64,000 bases of DNA from a virus (lineage: Duplodnaviria > Caudoviricetes). The DNA lies in IMG/VR virus record IMGVR_UViG_3300020409_000014, positions 1-64,000 of that record, one strand, 5' to 3'. The notes under the pieces were generated by a model, which did no database searches, was not told the origin of the DNA, and saw only the letters and a program-made list of their open reading frames with translations. Position 1 is the first letter of the stretch. Every line of letters begins with the position of its first letter. A program made the translations under genes and the position numbers. Positions 48,942 to 57,325 of the stretch are shown in pieces.

Positions 48942-49095
48942 CCCCCATGTGCAGGTTGTGGTAGTGTCCTCGTATTACTTGACAAAAAAACTTCGCTGTG
49001 TTACGCTCTTAGACAACTGAAAGATACAAGACGTAAGTATATTTATTTTCATATTTTTATTGTTTCTCACATTGTCTCTTTTGCCTGTGGAAAAC

Positions 49096-49728
49096 TCACT
49101 TATCTGGTATAAAATTAACTGTCATGCTTACACGATCGTCATAGGGGTTACCCTCGTATCCGTGTGTCATACTGGACGGATAAATGATAAGATCGCCTTC
49201 CTTCATTGGGACGGTTGCTTCAGTCATATTAAATGCTGTATAATCCTTATTAGGGAATTGCATAACAGGATAATAACTCCCTGCTACATTCCTTCTAAAC
49301 TTTAAAGGCGAATGTCCCTCTTGGTAGTTTATGAGTAGGGTTGCTGAGTAGATACAATTAGAATGCTCATGTGGTGCATACAATGCTCCCTTAGATGCTA
49401 ATTCAAGATAAGCGTCAGATATGGCAAAATCGAGGTCATAGTTATATGCTCCCTCGTTGTAGTCTCTGCAACTCTTTAGCAAAAAATCGGCGACGCTCGC
49501 ATTGTCTTCGAGAATTGTGTTTCTTTTTCCAATTTGTGATACATTGTGAGTTATTGCTAATCGATCATGCTCTGGTCGGATATCTTGAGTTTCTATCCAT
49601 TTAAAGATTTCTTTTTTAACTGTAGCAAAATTGGGGCAACTATAGACGCCTACTGGTAGGGCAAAAAGTGCATAAATTTCTGACTTGCCTGCCTTGGGTA
49701 GTGAGTCGCTTAAGGGATTAGAGTCCAT
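49096..49728 (-). CDS. 2OG-Fe(II) oxygenase-like protein (TIGR02466 / HxH type)
   Basis: APHEHSNCIYSATLLI, EGDLIIYPSSMTHG, RVSMTVNF. Confidence 0.85.
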   Translation of the reverse strand: MDSNPLSDSLPKAGKSEIYALFALPVGVYSCPNFATVKKEIFKWIETQDIRPEHDRLAITHNVSQIGKRNTILEDNASVADFLLKSCRDYNEGAYNYDLDFAISDAYLELASKGALYAPHEHSNCIYSATLLINYQEGHSPLKFRRNVAGSYYPVMQFPNKDYTAFNMTEATVPMKEGDLIIYPSSMTHGYEGNPYDDRVSMTVNFIPDK

Positions 49729-49747
49729 AAAAAATTTGGCGTCCGCA

Positions 49748-49900
49748 TTAGTGCGGAATTGTGCGGATTACTAAATCAGGTGGTAGTATTATCTTAACTG
49801 GTTTAGTATTCTTATGTATGTTAGTTTTTTGTGCCTGCTGTCCTCTGATTGCTGTCAAAGTGTCGAGGTCTGTAAGAATTTCCTGGAAAATGTCATTCAT
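49748..49900 (-). CDS. Small hypothetical protein
   Basis: About 50 aa from MNDIFQEIL; start uncertain. Confidence 0.55.
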   Translation of the reverse strand: MNDIFQEILTDLDTLTAIRGQQAQKTNIHKNTKPVKIILPPDLVIRTIPH

Positions 49901-49904
49901 AGTA

Positions 49905-50042
49905 TTAATTATAACCTGCTTCCTGTATTTTGTCAAATACTGCTTGCTGTTTCTCAGTTAACTCAAAATCCATATCCCTTAGAATATCGTAGAGTTTGAT
50001 TGCTTCATATTGCTCATCATATGATAGACTTAAATTAATCAT
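49905..50042 (-). CDS. Small hypothetical protein (paralogue family)
   Basis: 45 aa MINLSLSYDEQYEAIKLYDIL...AVFDKIQEA. Confidence 0.7.
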   Translation of the reverse strand: MINLSLSYDEQYEAIKLYDILRDMDFELTEKQQAVFDKIQEAGYN

Positions 50043-50046
50043 GATG

Positions 50047-50259
50047 TTAACCTCTAATTTCGTATTCAATGTATTCAACAGGATAACCAATAAAATTGCA
50101 AATTTGCTCTTTTAGGTCGTTATCGTCCTTCGCTCTCCATCTACCTAGACATCTTTGGTGCATTACATACTCCTCTTGGGGTGTATATTGCAAATCTGGG
50201 TCTCCGTCTCCTACTTCGCTGAGATATAGGTCAAGATCGGTCACTTTGTATAAATGCAT
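50047..50259 (-). CDS. Small hypothetical protein
   Basis: 70-aa ORF, packed. Confidence 0.75.
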   Translation of the reverse strand: MHLYKVTDLDLYLSEVGDGDPDLQYTPQEEYVMHQRCLGRWRAKDDNDLKEQICNFIGYPVEYIEYEIRG

Positions 50260-50261
50260 AA

Positions 50262-50429
50262 TTAAAAGTCCTCGATTGTGAGATTGTTTACTGCATCAAA
50301 TACCTTATCCTCCATTGAGTCAAATGTATCTGTGTCATATAGGTCACTTCTGTATTTCATGCTTTTAGGATGACTTAACAGTTTTGTGAGTGATTGATGC
50401 TCTTCGATTGTGAGATTGATTTGTGGCAT
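50262..50429 (-). CDS. Small hypothetical protein (paralogue family)
   Basis: 55 aa MPQINLTIEEHQSLTKLL...DTDTFDSMEDKVFDA; TAATG overlap. Confidence 0.75.
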   Translation of the reverse strand: MPQINLTIEEHQSLTKLLSHPKSMKYRSDLYDTDTFDSMEDKVFDAVNNLTIEDF

Positions 50430-50554
50430 TACTGAGCGATCTCCCAAAAACGTGAATTTGCGATTTCTTCCGCTTTCGCTTCGTCTCCATTGACTTCTAC
50501 AAGTGCTTCCTCGTAGAGTGCTTCAATTAGATCGGTGTTTGCTTGGCAACTCAT
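50429..50554 (-). CDS. 41-aa acidic hypothetical protein (not in track)
   Basis: MSCQANTDLIEALYEEALVEVNGDEAKAEEIANSRFWEIAQ. Confidence 0.7.
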   Translation of the reverse strand: MSCQANTDLIEALYEEALVEVNGDEAKAEEIANSRFWEIAQ

Positions 50555-50701
50555 TTAGTCATCCTCCACTATAATGTTTGTTTGAATTTCAAAAAGAAAT
50601 GGTGTTTCGTTAGTCTCTCTAACGTATGCTTCCATTAAGAGATCGGTAATTGTTTCTCTCTCCCGATCGGTAAGCAAGTCGTAAACGTCAACTGTCTTCA
50701 T
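50555..50701 (-). CDS. 48-aa hypothetical protein (not in track)
   Basis: MKTVDVYDLLTDRERETITDLLMEAYVRETNETPFLFEIQTNIIVEDD; coupled stops and starts. Confidence 0.7.
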   Translation of the reverse strand: MKTVDVYDLLTDRERETITDLLMEAYVRETNETPFLFEIQTNIIVEDD

Positions 50702-50910
50702 TTTAGATAAGTCTCCGTAGCGTTAACAACTGCATCAAACATATTATCAAATGTTTGTGTGTCGATTCTAGGTCTCTGGTCATAACCTCTGTCATATGCA
50801 TCACATAGTAGGTTATAAAGCATTTCGTATTGACCTATGGTAAGATCAATGTTTAAACCTTTTTTGTTAGAAATTTGTCTTCCGTAAGGTCTGACTCTAG
50901 TAGTTGACAT
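50698..50910 (-). CDS. Small hypothetical protein (paralogue family)
   Basis: 70 aa; NIDLTIGQYEMLYNLL...DTQTFDNMFDAVVNA. Confidence 0.78.
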   Translation of the reverse strand: MSTTRVRPYGRQISNKKGLNIDLTIGQYEMLYNLLCDAYDRGYDQRPRIDTQTFDNMFDAVVNATETYLK

Positions 50911-50938
50911 TTTTAAAAACCTGTTTGTTTATACTATT

Positions 50939-50996
50939 ATTATAGTGCTTAATTGTATGGTAGTGTGCAAGTATGTGCCACTAATACAACTGTCAC
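50939..50996 (-). promoter_or_regulatory. Paired-box early promoter, copy 2
   Basis: GTGCCAC-N8-CTGTCAC (50975-50996); TATAAT at 50939-50944. Confidence 0.8.
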
Positions 50997-51016
50997 AAAT
51001 AGGGTTGACATTTTCA

Positions 51017-51352
51017 TCATAGGTATTCTATCTCTCCATTTTCAACTGCATCCATGTATTCAACAAAATCGTTATGTGCCTTTTCTTTTGTTTCTTGCCA
51101 TTGATTCCAACATAATCGGCGGTTAATGTCTAGCAACTTGCCTAGGTCAACTCCCTCGAGATCAGTCCACTCTGAAACATAACCTATTTGACTTTTATCA
51201 TATCCTCCACTACTGTAGGATGGTGCACTAAGGAAATTAAAAGCAATGTCAATAAAGAAGTGCCTGCCAAATTCCTCGCTCTCAATAGTCTGCATAGGAA
51301 TAAACTCTGTTTCTGTGGTTAGAGTGTTTTCAAAAATGTAAGTAGAATTCAT
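51017..51352 (-). CDS. Hypothetical protein
   Basis: 111-aa acidic ORF. Confidence 0.8.
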   Translation of the reverse strand: MNSTYIFENTLTTETEFIPMQTIESEEFGRHFFIDIAFNFLSAPSYSSGGYDKSQIGYVSEWTDLEGVDLGKLLDINRRLCWNQWQETKEKAHNDFVEYMDAVENGEIEYL

Positions 51353-51357
51353 TAGAC

Positions 51358-51528
51358 TTAATCGTAGAGTGGATAATAGACTTCTGTGTCAACTGCGTGC
51401 TTCATAACCTCATAGGTCGAAAATTCGGGGTCTGATAGGTCTTTACACGTTGAGAGTATGTTAATAACCTCTTCCATGAGATTTACTATCATTTTCTCTT
51501 TTGGTGTGCTTTTGTAAGTTTTTCTCAT
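51358..51528 (-). CDS. 56-aa hypothetical protein (not in track)
   Basis: MRKTYKSTPKEKMIVNLMEEVINILSTCKDLSDPEFSTYEVMKHAVDTEVYYPLYD. Confidence 0.7.
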   Translation of the reverse strand: MRKTYKSTPKEKMIVNLMEEVINILSTCKDLSDPEFSTYEVMKHAVDTEVYYPLYD

Positions 51529-51668
51529 GATACTGATTTAAGTTTGTCAAAGTGTGGATAAAATAGTTGATCAAGTATTTTCTCGGATAATACTTCTTCC
51601 TCGTCAGTCATTAAGCATCTATAATGTCTGAATGCTGAATAGATCAGTAAATACTCTTCTCTAGTCAT
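51525..51668 (-). CDS. Small hypothetical protein
   Basis: 47 aa from MTREEYLLIYSAF; overlaps neighbours. Confidence 0.65.
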   Translation of the reverse strand: MTREEYLLIYSAFRHYRCLMTDEEEVLSEKILDQLFYPHFDKLKSVS

Positions 51669-51849
51669 CTTGAAAGTCCCTCTCTGATTCGATTGATTGC
51701 ATAAATTGAGAAACAAATTTGTCAACTGTCTCTCTGATCTCCCACCTTGGGGACGGTATTAGATCGCCTTCCTCTCCAAAATAATAAAATTCTTTGTTGA
51801 GATTGTTGATTAGGTCGATTAGTGCTAATTCGTTTTTCGTGTAATCCAT
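51661..51849 (-). CDS. Small hypothetical protein
   Basis: 62 aa from MDYTKNELAL. Confidence 0.65.
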   Translation of the reverse strand: MDYTKNELALIDLINNLNKEFYYFGEEGDLIPSPRWEIRETVDKFVSQFMQSIESERDFQDD

Positions 51850-51892
51850 TTGATTTAAGATTGAATTGTGTAAATTGTCTGCACATAGGGGA

Positions 51893-52348
51893 CTACCTAT
51901 AGTATAGGTGTCCGCCTGCCCAGTCAACTTGCTTATAGTCATGCATCATTGCTCTGTGTGACATGATTCTCATATCAAATCTGACTCCCTTAGCGGGTGC
52001 CTTCCATGATGATGCCTTATAAACTTCGCCTGTTTTCTTGTCAACAAAACTATTGACTGATCTCTGTCTATACTCTTTATGAGTATCAGACCACTCACAT
52101 TGCACAATTTTATAGTATTTCTTGCCTGCTACTGCTTCAAATTTCATTAACTTGTCTGTGCCATTGCGAATTGCTTCAAGTTGCTCCTCTGCATATGCTG
52201 ATAAGTCTTCTCTGCTTCCTGTGTATCTTGCTGAGTTGTTTCTCAACATATTGACTTTATAATGTCTGAAGTTATCCTCTAGTGCTTCAGTATAGAGGTC
52301 AACCCAATTAGGAATGAGTTTTTCGATTGTTGGATTTGAAACAGTCAT
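51893..52348 (-). CDS. Conserved phage hypothetical protein
   Basis: 151 aa; GKKYYKIV...SVNSFVDKKTGEVYKASSWKAPAKGVRF; own early promoter. Confidence 0.85.
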   Translation of the reverse strand: MTVSNPTIEKLIPNWVDLYTEALEDNFRHYKVNMLRNNSARYTGSREDLSAYAEEQLEAIRNGTDKLMKFEAVAGKKYYKIVQCEWSDTHKEYRQRSVNSFVDKKTGEVYKASSWKAPAKGVRFDMRIMSHRAMMHDYKQVDWAGGHLYYR

Positions 52349-52371
52349 GTGATTAATTTGCTTATACTATT

Positions 52372-52429
52372 ATTATAGTGGTTAATTGTGCGGTAGCACA
52401 TAATTATGTGACACTAATAAAAGTGTCAC
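52372..52429 (-). promoter_or_regulatory. Paired-box early promoter, copy 3
   Basis: Perfect inverted repeat GTGACAC-N8-GTGTCAC (52408-52429); TATAAT at 52372-52377. Confidence 0.82.
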
Positions 52430-52434
52430 AATAC

Positions 52435-52824
52435 CTATTGCGGTATTGCGAAATCTACGTTTATTCTTGCTCCTAACTCACTATAGTGCTTAGTCAAGAA
52501 GTTTTGATATCTCTTTGCATTAGTGCCTAGGCATCTATCGATCGCTCTACCATTAAAACTGATCTCTTCAACTTCCCATTTATCATTTTTGATCATGTCA
52601 TCTATTGACTGATCTGGGTTATACTTACCACCATGAATATTATAGTATCTGTCATCAATGTCTGCCATGTAGTAAACTGTAGCGATCTCTTGACCATCTA
52701 TTTTGATCACACTTGAGAAGTTGTTACCAGTCTGATACGAATTCAAAACAGTTACTCCGTTTCGTAATGACCCTGATTCTCTCTTGTTGATCAAGTATAA
52801 AACTCTTGTTTGAAATCTGTCCAT
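52435..52824 (-). CDS. Hypothetical protein
   Basis: 129-aa single-gene cassette between two promoter elements. Confidence 0.8.
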   Translation of the reverse strand: MDRFQTRVLYLINKRESGSLRNGVTVLNSYQTGNNFSSVIKIDGQEIATVYYMADIDDRYYNIHGGKYNPDQSIDDMIKNDKWEVEEISFNGRAIDRCLGTNAKRYQNFLTKHYSELGARINVDFAIPQ

Positions 52825-52850
52825 GTTGGTAACCTTGATTGATTACTCTT

Positions 52851-52908
52851 ATTATAGTCCTCTGTAATGCGGTATAGTGCTCTTGTGTGCCACTAAATCA
52901 ACTGTCAC
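52851..52908 (-). promoter_or_regulatory. Paired-box early promoter, copy 4
   Basis: GTGCCAC-N8-CTGTCAC (52887-52908); TATAAT at 52851-52856. Confidence 0.8.
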
Positions 52909-53816
52909 ACCCCATTGATACGTTTTTCTGCTAATTCACTATAATCACTATGCAATTCACATCCGAGGTAATCACGTCCTAATTGTTTACTTACCATTGC
53001 TGTGGTGCCACTACCCATAAATGGGTCGAGGACTAGATCGCCTACTCTACTCCCTGCCAAAATACAGGGACTAATCAAGTCAGGTGGAAATACTGCAAAA
53101 TGTGCTCCCTTATATGGTTTATTGGTTACTGACCATACTGATCTCTTATTCTTCTTTGGATAACTCTTAGTTAGTCCAGTATGGGGTTGTAATCCAGTCC
53201 CCTTATTGTGATACTTACCATTAACCCTATTTCTCACTCCCCAGTCTTTAGCATCCTCTTTAATTGCTTCATTGTCATAAAAGTATTTCTTACTCTTAGA
53301 GAATAAAAAGATATACTCATGAGACTTTGTGCATCTATCTCTTACTGATTCTGGCATTGGATTAGGTTTATGCCAAATAATATCTTGCCTTAAAAACCAT
53401 CCATCCTGACGTAAGGCGAATGCGAGCATCCAAGGAATTCCAATTAAATCTTTTTCTTTTAATCCCTCTAACTTATTACCACGTTTATTACATTTATCAG
53501 GTAAATCTTGCTTAGTCTTACTTACTGACTGTTTAGGATATGACTGACCTTTTCCTGGTCTATAATTATAATAACTATCCCCAATATTCAACCATAATGT
53601 GCCATCATCCATTAAATTATCTCTTACCAGTCGAAAGATATCCACCATATTATTAATATATTCTTCGGGTGTTTCTTCCTGACCTACTTGATTCTCTTCT
53701 CCACCATAATCCCTTAATCCATAATAGGGTGGACTAGTTACACACATTTGTGCCTTATATTGCCATAATTTTGGTAGCGTCTCTCTGACGTCTCCATAAT
53801 ATATTTTATTTCTCAT
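52905..53816 (-). CDS. Beta-class amino (N4-C/N6-A) DNA methyltransferase
   Basis: CVTSPPYYGLRDY (motif IV) precedes VLDPFMGSGTT (motif I); IIWHKPNPMPESV. Confidence 0.92.
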   Translation of the reverse strand: MRNKIYYGDVRETLPKLWQYKAQMCVTSPPYYGLRDYGGEENQVGQEETPEEYINNMVDIFRLVRDNLMDDGTLWLNIGDSYYNYRPGKGQSYPKQSVSKTKQDLPDKCNKRGNKLEGLKEKDLIGIPWMLAFALRQDGWFLRQDIIWHKPNPMPESVRDRCTKSHEYIFLFSKSKKYFYDNEAIKEDAKDWGVRNRVNGKYHNKGTGLQPHTGLTKSYPKKNKRSVWSVTNKPYKGAHFAVFPPDLISPCILAGSRVGDLVLDPFMGSGTTAMVSKQLGRDYLGCELHSDYSELAEKRINGV

Positions 53817-53923
53817 CCGTATAAATGTATGTTGTAATGTTTTCTAGTTGGTTTATATACTGGTTTAGGTTTTCTCTTAACTTGTAAGTAAATCTTTAAT
53901 AGTTTGTCTGTTTTAAGTTGCAT
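53813..53923 (-). CDS. 36-aa basic peptide (not in track)
   Basis: MQLKTDKLLKIYLQVKRKPKPVYKPTRKHYNIHLYG; ATGA coupling to the MTase. Confidence 0.55.
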   Translation of the reverse strand: MQLKTDKLLKIYLQVKRKPKPVYKPTRKHYNIHLYG

Positions 53924-54146
53924 CTATATTTCTCTCCTCTGGAAAGTTAATAGGTGTGAAGTCATCCCACTTACACTTGTAAGAAGTGATTAGGGGTGAT
54001 GCATAATCACCACTCTCATAATCAATAACGTATGAGCAATGTGCATCAAGATATGACTGGACTTCCTCGCATACATGATACAAATTGATCTCTGCATCCT
54101 TATTACACTTAACTCTAAGTGTGATCTCTAAAAATTGGTCGCTCAT
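53913..54146 (-). CDS. Small hypothetical protein
   Basis: 77-aa ORF. Confidence 0.75.
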   Translation of the reverse strand: MSDQFLEITLRVKCNKDAEINLYHVCEEVQSYLDAHCSYVIDYESGDYASPLITSYKCKWDDFTPINFPEERNIDAT

Positions 54147-54370
54147 GATGGGTTAAAAAAGTTGATAGATTCAATAAGTGTTAATTCTTTATGATTATAT
54201 ACTGTCTCTCTATCTCCATTGTCATCAATTAATACTGTCCAGTTTTCAGTCGGTGTAAATCCTTTTCTGTCAGTATCATCCTTGATATAGTTAATCAAAA
54301 CAGTATATATTCTGTTGTTATAACTGACTTTATCGCCAATTCCGATCTCTTTTACATTATTATATTTCAT
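54143..54370 (-). CDS. Small hypothetical protein
   Basis: 75 aa from MKYNNVKEIGIGDKV. Confidence 0.72.
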   Translation of the reverse strand: MKYNNVKEIGIGDKVSYNNRIYTVLINYIKDDTDRKGFTPTENWTVLIDDNGDRETVYNHKELTLIESINFFNPS

Positions 54371-54636
54371 TAACAACATACCTCTCTATTTTCAACAATT
54401 TCCATCCATAATAGACTTGCTTTTTTGGGGTCATCTTCCTCTACATATTCCTTGAGATCGTCATAAATGTGCTCATCAACATTGTCAAATAAATGTCTCT
54501 TGAATTCATCCTCTTGCAATTCTTCAACAGACTCAAATATGTATGTTTTTGCCAAATCAATTATGTCATCTAAAAGCATTGAATTAACATAGTATTCGAC
54601 AAATTCCTCTTTAATTTTATCTAATTTTGCATTCAT
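54370..54636 (-). CDS. Small acidic hypothetical protein
   Basis: 88 aa from MNAKLDKIKEEF. Confidence 0.75.
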   Translation of the reverse strand: MNAKLDKIKEEFVEYYVNSMLLDDIIDLAKTYIFESVEELQEDEFKRHLFDNVDEHIYDDLKEYVEEDDPKKASLLWMEIVENREVCC

Positions 54637-54797
54637 GATAAACCCTCCCATATTGAAATAAATGTGGTAATCCAGTCAGCATTCTTAACTGACATTGATG
54701 ATAAATCTTGCTCATCAGCACTCAATAGTGGTAGATTGTGATCTGTGCAATATTGCACATATACGTCACTTAACCAGTTGATTTGATTGTCATTCAT
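54633..54797 (-). CDS. 54-aa hypothetical protein (not in track)
   Basis: MNDNQINWLSDVYVQYCTDHNLPLLSADEQDLSSMSVKNADWITTFISIWEGLS; overlaps both neighbours. Confidence 0.72.
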   Translation of the reverse strand: MNDNQINWLSDVYVQYCTDHNLPLLSADEQDLSSMSVKNADWITTFISIWEGLS

Positions 54798-55060
54798 TAT
54801 GCATGCTCCTTGAAAATTGCTTGAATTCTGTTATAGTCAACCGCTCTTGCTTCAATAACCTGATCTCTAACTCTCTCTCTGTCTAGTGAGTCTCCACCAC
54901 CCCATGTGACGTGGGTGCCTTCTTCACATAAATCTAAAACGTTGAGAGTTGCAAGTGCTAACTCTTGTCTTGTCAATCCTTGAATAGGATATAAACAGTC
55001 AGGATGCTCTGGACTGTAGAATGATTCACAATAGTCTAGGAATTCTTTGAAGTTGTGCAT
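54797..55060 (-). CDS. Hypothetical protein
   Basis: 87 aa; first gene after promoter copy 5. Confidence 0.8.
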   Translation of the reverse strand: MHNFKEFLDYCESFYSPEHPDCLYPIQGLTRQELALATLNVLDLCEEGTHVTWGGGDSLDRERVRDQVIEARAVDYNRIQAIFKEHA

Positions 55061-55080
55061 GAGTGATTTGCTTAACTATT

Positions 55081-55141
55081 AATATAATAACAAAAAAGCA
55101 TACAGTAGTGTGTTACTGTATGCCACTATCTGAAGTGTCAC
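55081..55141 (-). promoter_or_regulatory. Paired-box early promoter, copy 5
   Basis: ATGCCAC-N8-GTGTCAC (55120-55141); TATATT -10 at 55081-55086. Confidence 0.7.
55092..55123 (-). terminator. Terminator embedded in promoter copy 5
   Basis: 10-bp stem GCATACAGTA/TACTGTATGC, 6-nt loop, T6 tail. Confidence 0.8.
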
Positions 55142-55274
55142 AATAGTCCTTGTCAACCTGACATAACTCTTCATATAATCTATTGTTTCTCTCTGATCGA
55201 TCGATCTTAAGAGTTGTCCTAATTAAATTCAAAAATACAAATGCAATAAAAATGTAGATTAAATATGGTCTCAT
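55113..55274 (-). CDS. 53-aa single-TM protein (not in track)
   Basis: MRPYLIYIFIAFVFLNLIRTTLKIDRSERNNRLYEELCQVDKDYCDTSDSGIQ. Confidence 0.65.
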   Translation of the reverse strand: MRPYLIYIFIAFVFLNLIRTTLKIDRSERNNRLYEELCQVDKDYCDTSDSGIQ

Positions 55275-55315
55275 GATATTAGATGATGTATGGATTATTA
55301 TAGCATATTATAAAA

Positions 55316-55549
55316 CTATATGCCAACATCCTTATCATTGAGTTGCTTATAGTATGATTTAATTATTGTTTCTTCTTCATTCTGATTGTCCCACTTACTA
55401 GTCAATTTCTCTAATTTATTGCTGACTGACCTATTCAATTCATTATGACCAAAATCATGATACTCTCGATCAATAACCTCTATAATATACTTCCACTCAT
55501 TATGAGTAAAGTATTTAAGGATAGCATTGTAGTCTAGTTTGTTATGCAT
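55316..55549 (-). CDS. Hypothetical protein
   Basis: 77 aa from MHNKLDY. Confidence 0.7.
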   Translation of the reverse strand: MHNKLDYNAILKYFTHNEWKYIIEVIDREYHDFGHNELNRSVSNKLEKLTSKWDNQNEEETIIKSYYKQLNDKDVGI

Positions 55550-55550
55550 T

Positions 55551-55721
55551 TTAGTATGATGATTCAATAGTTATTAAATCTTTAGGTGTGTCTTTAACTC
55601 TTGCATAGGTTATATCGTCAGTATGATATGACCTATAAATTCGTCCCCATATGAGATCGAATTCTTCTTTGTTTAAGTTTTTAAAGATACATTGATCTTT
55701 AAAATAAATGTGATAAGTCAT
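55551..55721 (-). CDS. 56-aa hypothetical protein (not in track)
   Basis: MTYHIYFKDQCIFKNLNKEEFDLIWGRIYRSYHTDDITYARVKDTPKDLITIESSY. Confidence 0.75.
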   Translation of the reverse strand: MTYHIYFKDQCIFKNLNKEEFDLIWGRIYRSYHTDDITYARVKDTPKDLITIESSY

Positions 55722-55902
55722 TTAAGTCCTCTAAAAACATCCATTGATACTCTGATTCCTCGGGGTCAACATTGTTAACGATAAACTCATTAAAGATTGC
55801 ATCACTATTACCAATATTATTATTATTTACATGATGCTGTAGTCTATTCATGTATGTTACTCTCATAGATGAGAGAGCGAATTCAAGGAAATTAGTATTC
55901 AT
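55699..55902 (-). CDS. Small hypothetical protein
   Basis: 67 aa from MNTNFLEFAL. Confidence 0.65.
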   Translation of the reverse strand: MNTNFLEFALSSMRVTYMNRLQHHVNNNNIGNSDAIFNEFIVNNVDPEESEYQWMFLEDLNDLSHLF

Positions 55903-56377
55903 TGTATTGTGGAAAATAATTAATATTAATAACACATCTATCTTGATGGGATGATGTGCCATAATGGTAGGTATCGGATGGGAAAATCACTATCCTACCA
56001 CGTTTTGATTCAACCTTAGTCTCTCCTACTACTGTGTAACCATCATTATCATTTACATAATAAATGCCAGTCAATGCATTAGGAAATTTGTGGTCGATAT
56101 GTGGTTTATTACTATAGCATACTTCAGTCCTTAACTGCAAGTTTGCTTTAATCTTAATAAGTGCACATGCGTGTAGCGTAGCAAGTAAGGGCATAATTGG
56201 TCTGCAATTAGATTGCTCAAAACCATTGTTGTAAAACATATGCACCAGTTGTGATCTTGAATTTACATCAGTCGATACTATCCTACGACAGTATGACCAT
56301 GCGAATGTATTACCAAACAAGTGATTCTCTATCTCTTGCTGAGTATTCACATCAACAAAATCATCAATTACTTTCAT
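55892..56377 (-). CDS. 2OG-Fe(II) oxygenase
   Basis: PHIDH, LTGIYYVNDNDGYT, RGRIVIFPSDTYHYG, RCVININY. Confidence 0.88.
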   Translation of the reverse strand: MKVIDDFVDVNTQQEIENHLFGNTFAWSYCRRIVSTDVNSRSQLVHMFYNNGFEQSNCRPIMPLLATLHACALIKIKANLQLRTEVCYSNKPHIDHKFPNALTGIYYVNDNDGYTVVGETKVESKRGRIVIFPSDTYHYGTSSHQDRCVININYFPQYNEY

Positions 56378-56511
56378 TTGTCATTGTTTAATGGACTATT
56401 GAAGTAGTCACGATTAGCAACAAATAATACTGCTAGTGCTACTACAATACCACCAAAACCTAACCACAAAATAGGCGAATGTGGAAAGTCATAAAATGGG
56501 ACGTTTTGCAT
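56374..56511 (-). CDS. 45-aa single-TM protein (not in track)
   Basis: MQNVPFYDFPHSPILWLGFGGIVVALAVLFVANRDYFNSPLNNDK; ATGA coupling. Confidence 0.68.
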   Translation of the reverse strand: MQNVPFYDFPHSPILWLGFGGIVVALAVLFVANRDYFNSPLNNDK

Positions 56512-56594
56512 AATATTTAAAAAATAGAAAAAGCAAGAAAGGTATCCCTAAGCACTTTTGAATGTTAGCATTCTTGCTTACTAATATTATACCA

Positions 56595-57131
56595 CTATGC
56601 AACTAGTCGTAGTGGGATATCTTGTGACAGTTCATTATCTGTTACATCATATATTGACCCGAGGGTTACTCGTATGCCAGTATCAGGCGGTAATCCCATG
56701 TGGTATAGATGACTAGGGAATATAATCGCTTGACCCATATTAAATGGGACTCGCTTAACTACTTCGTTAGCATCATTGTAAAATACTGTGTCTCCTGACT
56801 CCCCTGCTACATGATATACAACTGACATGAGACTTGACATATCTCCGTCGTTATGTATCTGACTCTCCATATTTGGAAATTGCACATTTAATAGTGTCCT
56901 TAAAGTCTTGGCATGTAGTCGGTGCTCCATGAGAGCATTAAAGTATTTGATAAACCACTCATCCTCATAACCTACAAATTGTCCATTCTGCACTATCATT
57001 GTGCCAAAAAAACGTGCCCTATCATAGTCAGCATATGGACTGTTTGTCCATCTAACTGGGTATTCACTTAATCTACTTGCAACTGAGTCAACTAACCAGT
57101 CATCAAATAGACCACTAACAACTTCGATCAA
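56595..57131 (-). CDS. 2OG-Fe(II) oxygenase
   Basis: IHNDGD, SVVYHV..SGDTVFY, GQAIIFPSHLYHMG, RVTLG. Confidence 0.87.
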   Translation of the reverse strand: MIEVVSGLFDDWLVDSVASRLSEYPVRWTNSPYADYDRARFFGTMIVQNGQFVGYEDEWFIKYFNALMEHRLHAKTLRTLLNVQFPNMESQIHNDGDMSSLMSVVYHVAGESGDTVFYNDANEVVKRVPFNMGQAIIFPSHLYHMGLPPDTGIRVTLGSIYDVTDNELSQDIPLRLVA

Positions 57132-57325
57132 AAACCTTTACCTCGCTTTTTAGGTTTATCTATTACTTCAATTCTATCTATAAACATTCGTTTATTCCAC
57201 CACGTCTCTTGGACTTCGTGCCATGATTCCATGACTTTTGTGCTCTGATCGGTGCATATAATTCTATAGTGATGCCTATCGTAAGGTTTATCACTTGTCT
57301 GTGTGAAGTAATCGGGTAGCGTCAT
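57128..57325 (-). CDS. Small hypothetical protein
   Basis: 65 aa, ends RGKGF. Confidence 0.78.
   Translation of the reverse strand: MTLPDYFTQTSDKPYDRHHYRIICTDQSTKVMESWHEVQETWWNKRMFIDRIEVIDKPKKRGKGF

Noticed and set aside
51005-51029. Plus-strand TTGACA next to promoter copy 2
   Set aside because: The nearest TAnnnT is only 13 nt away, so the spacing is wrong
55150-55179. Plus-strand TTGTCA-18-TATAAT as an antisense promoter
   Set aside because: Lies inside a plausible 53-aa ORF in AT-rich sequence with non-optimal spacing; chance is likely
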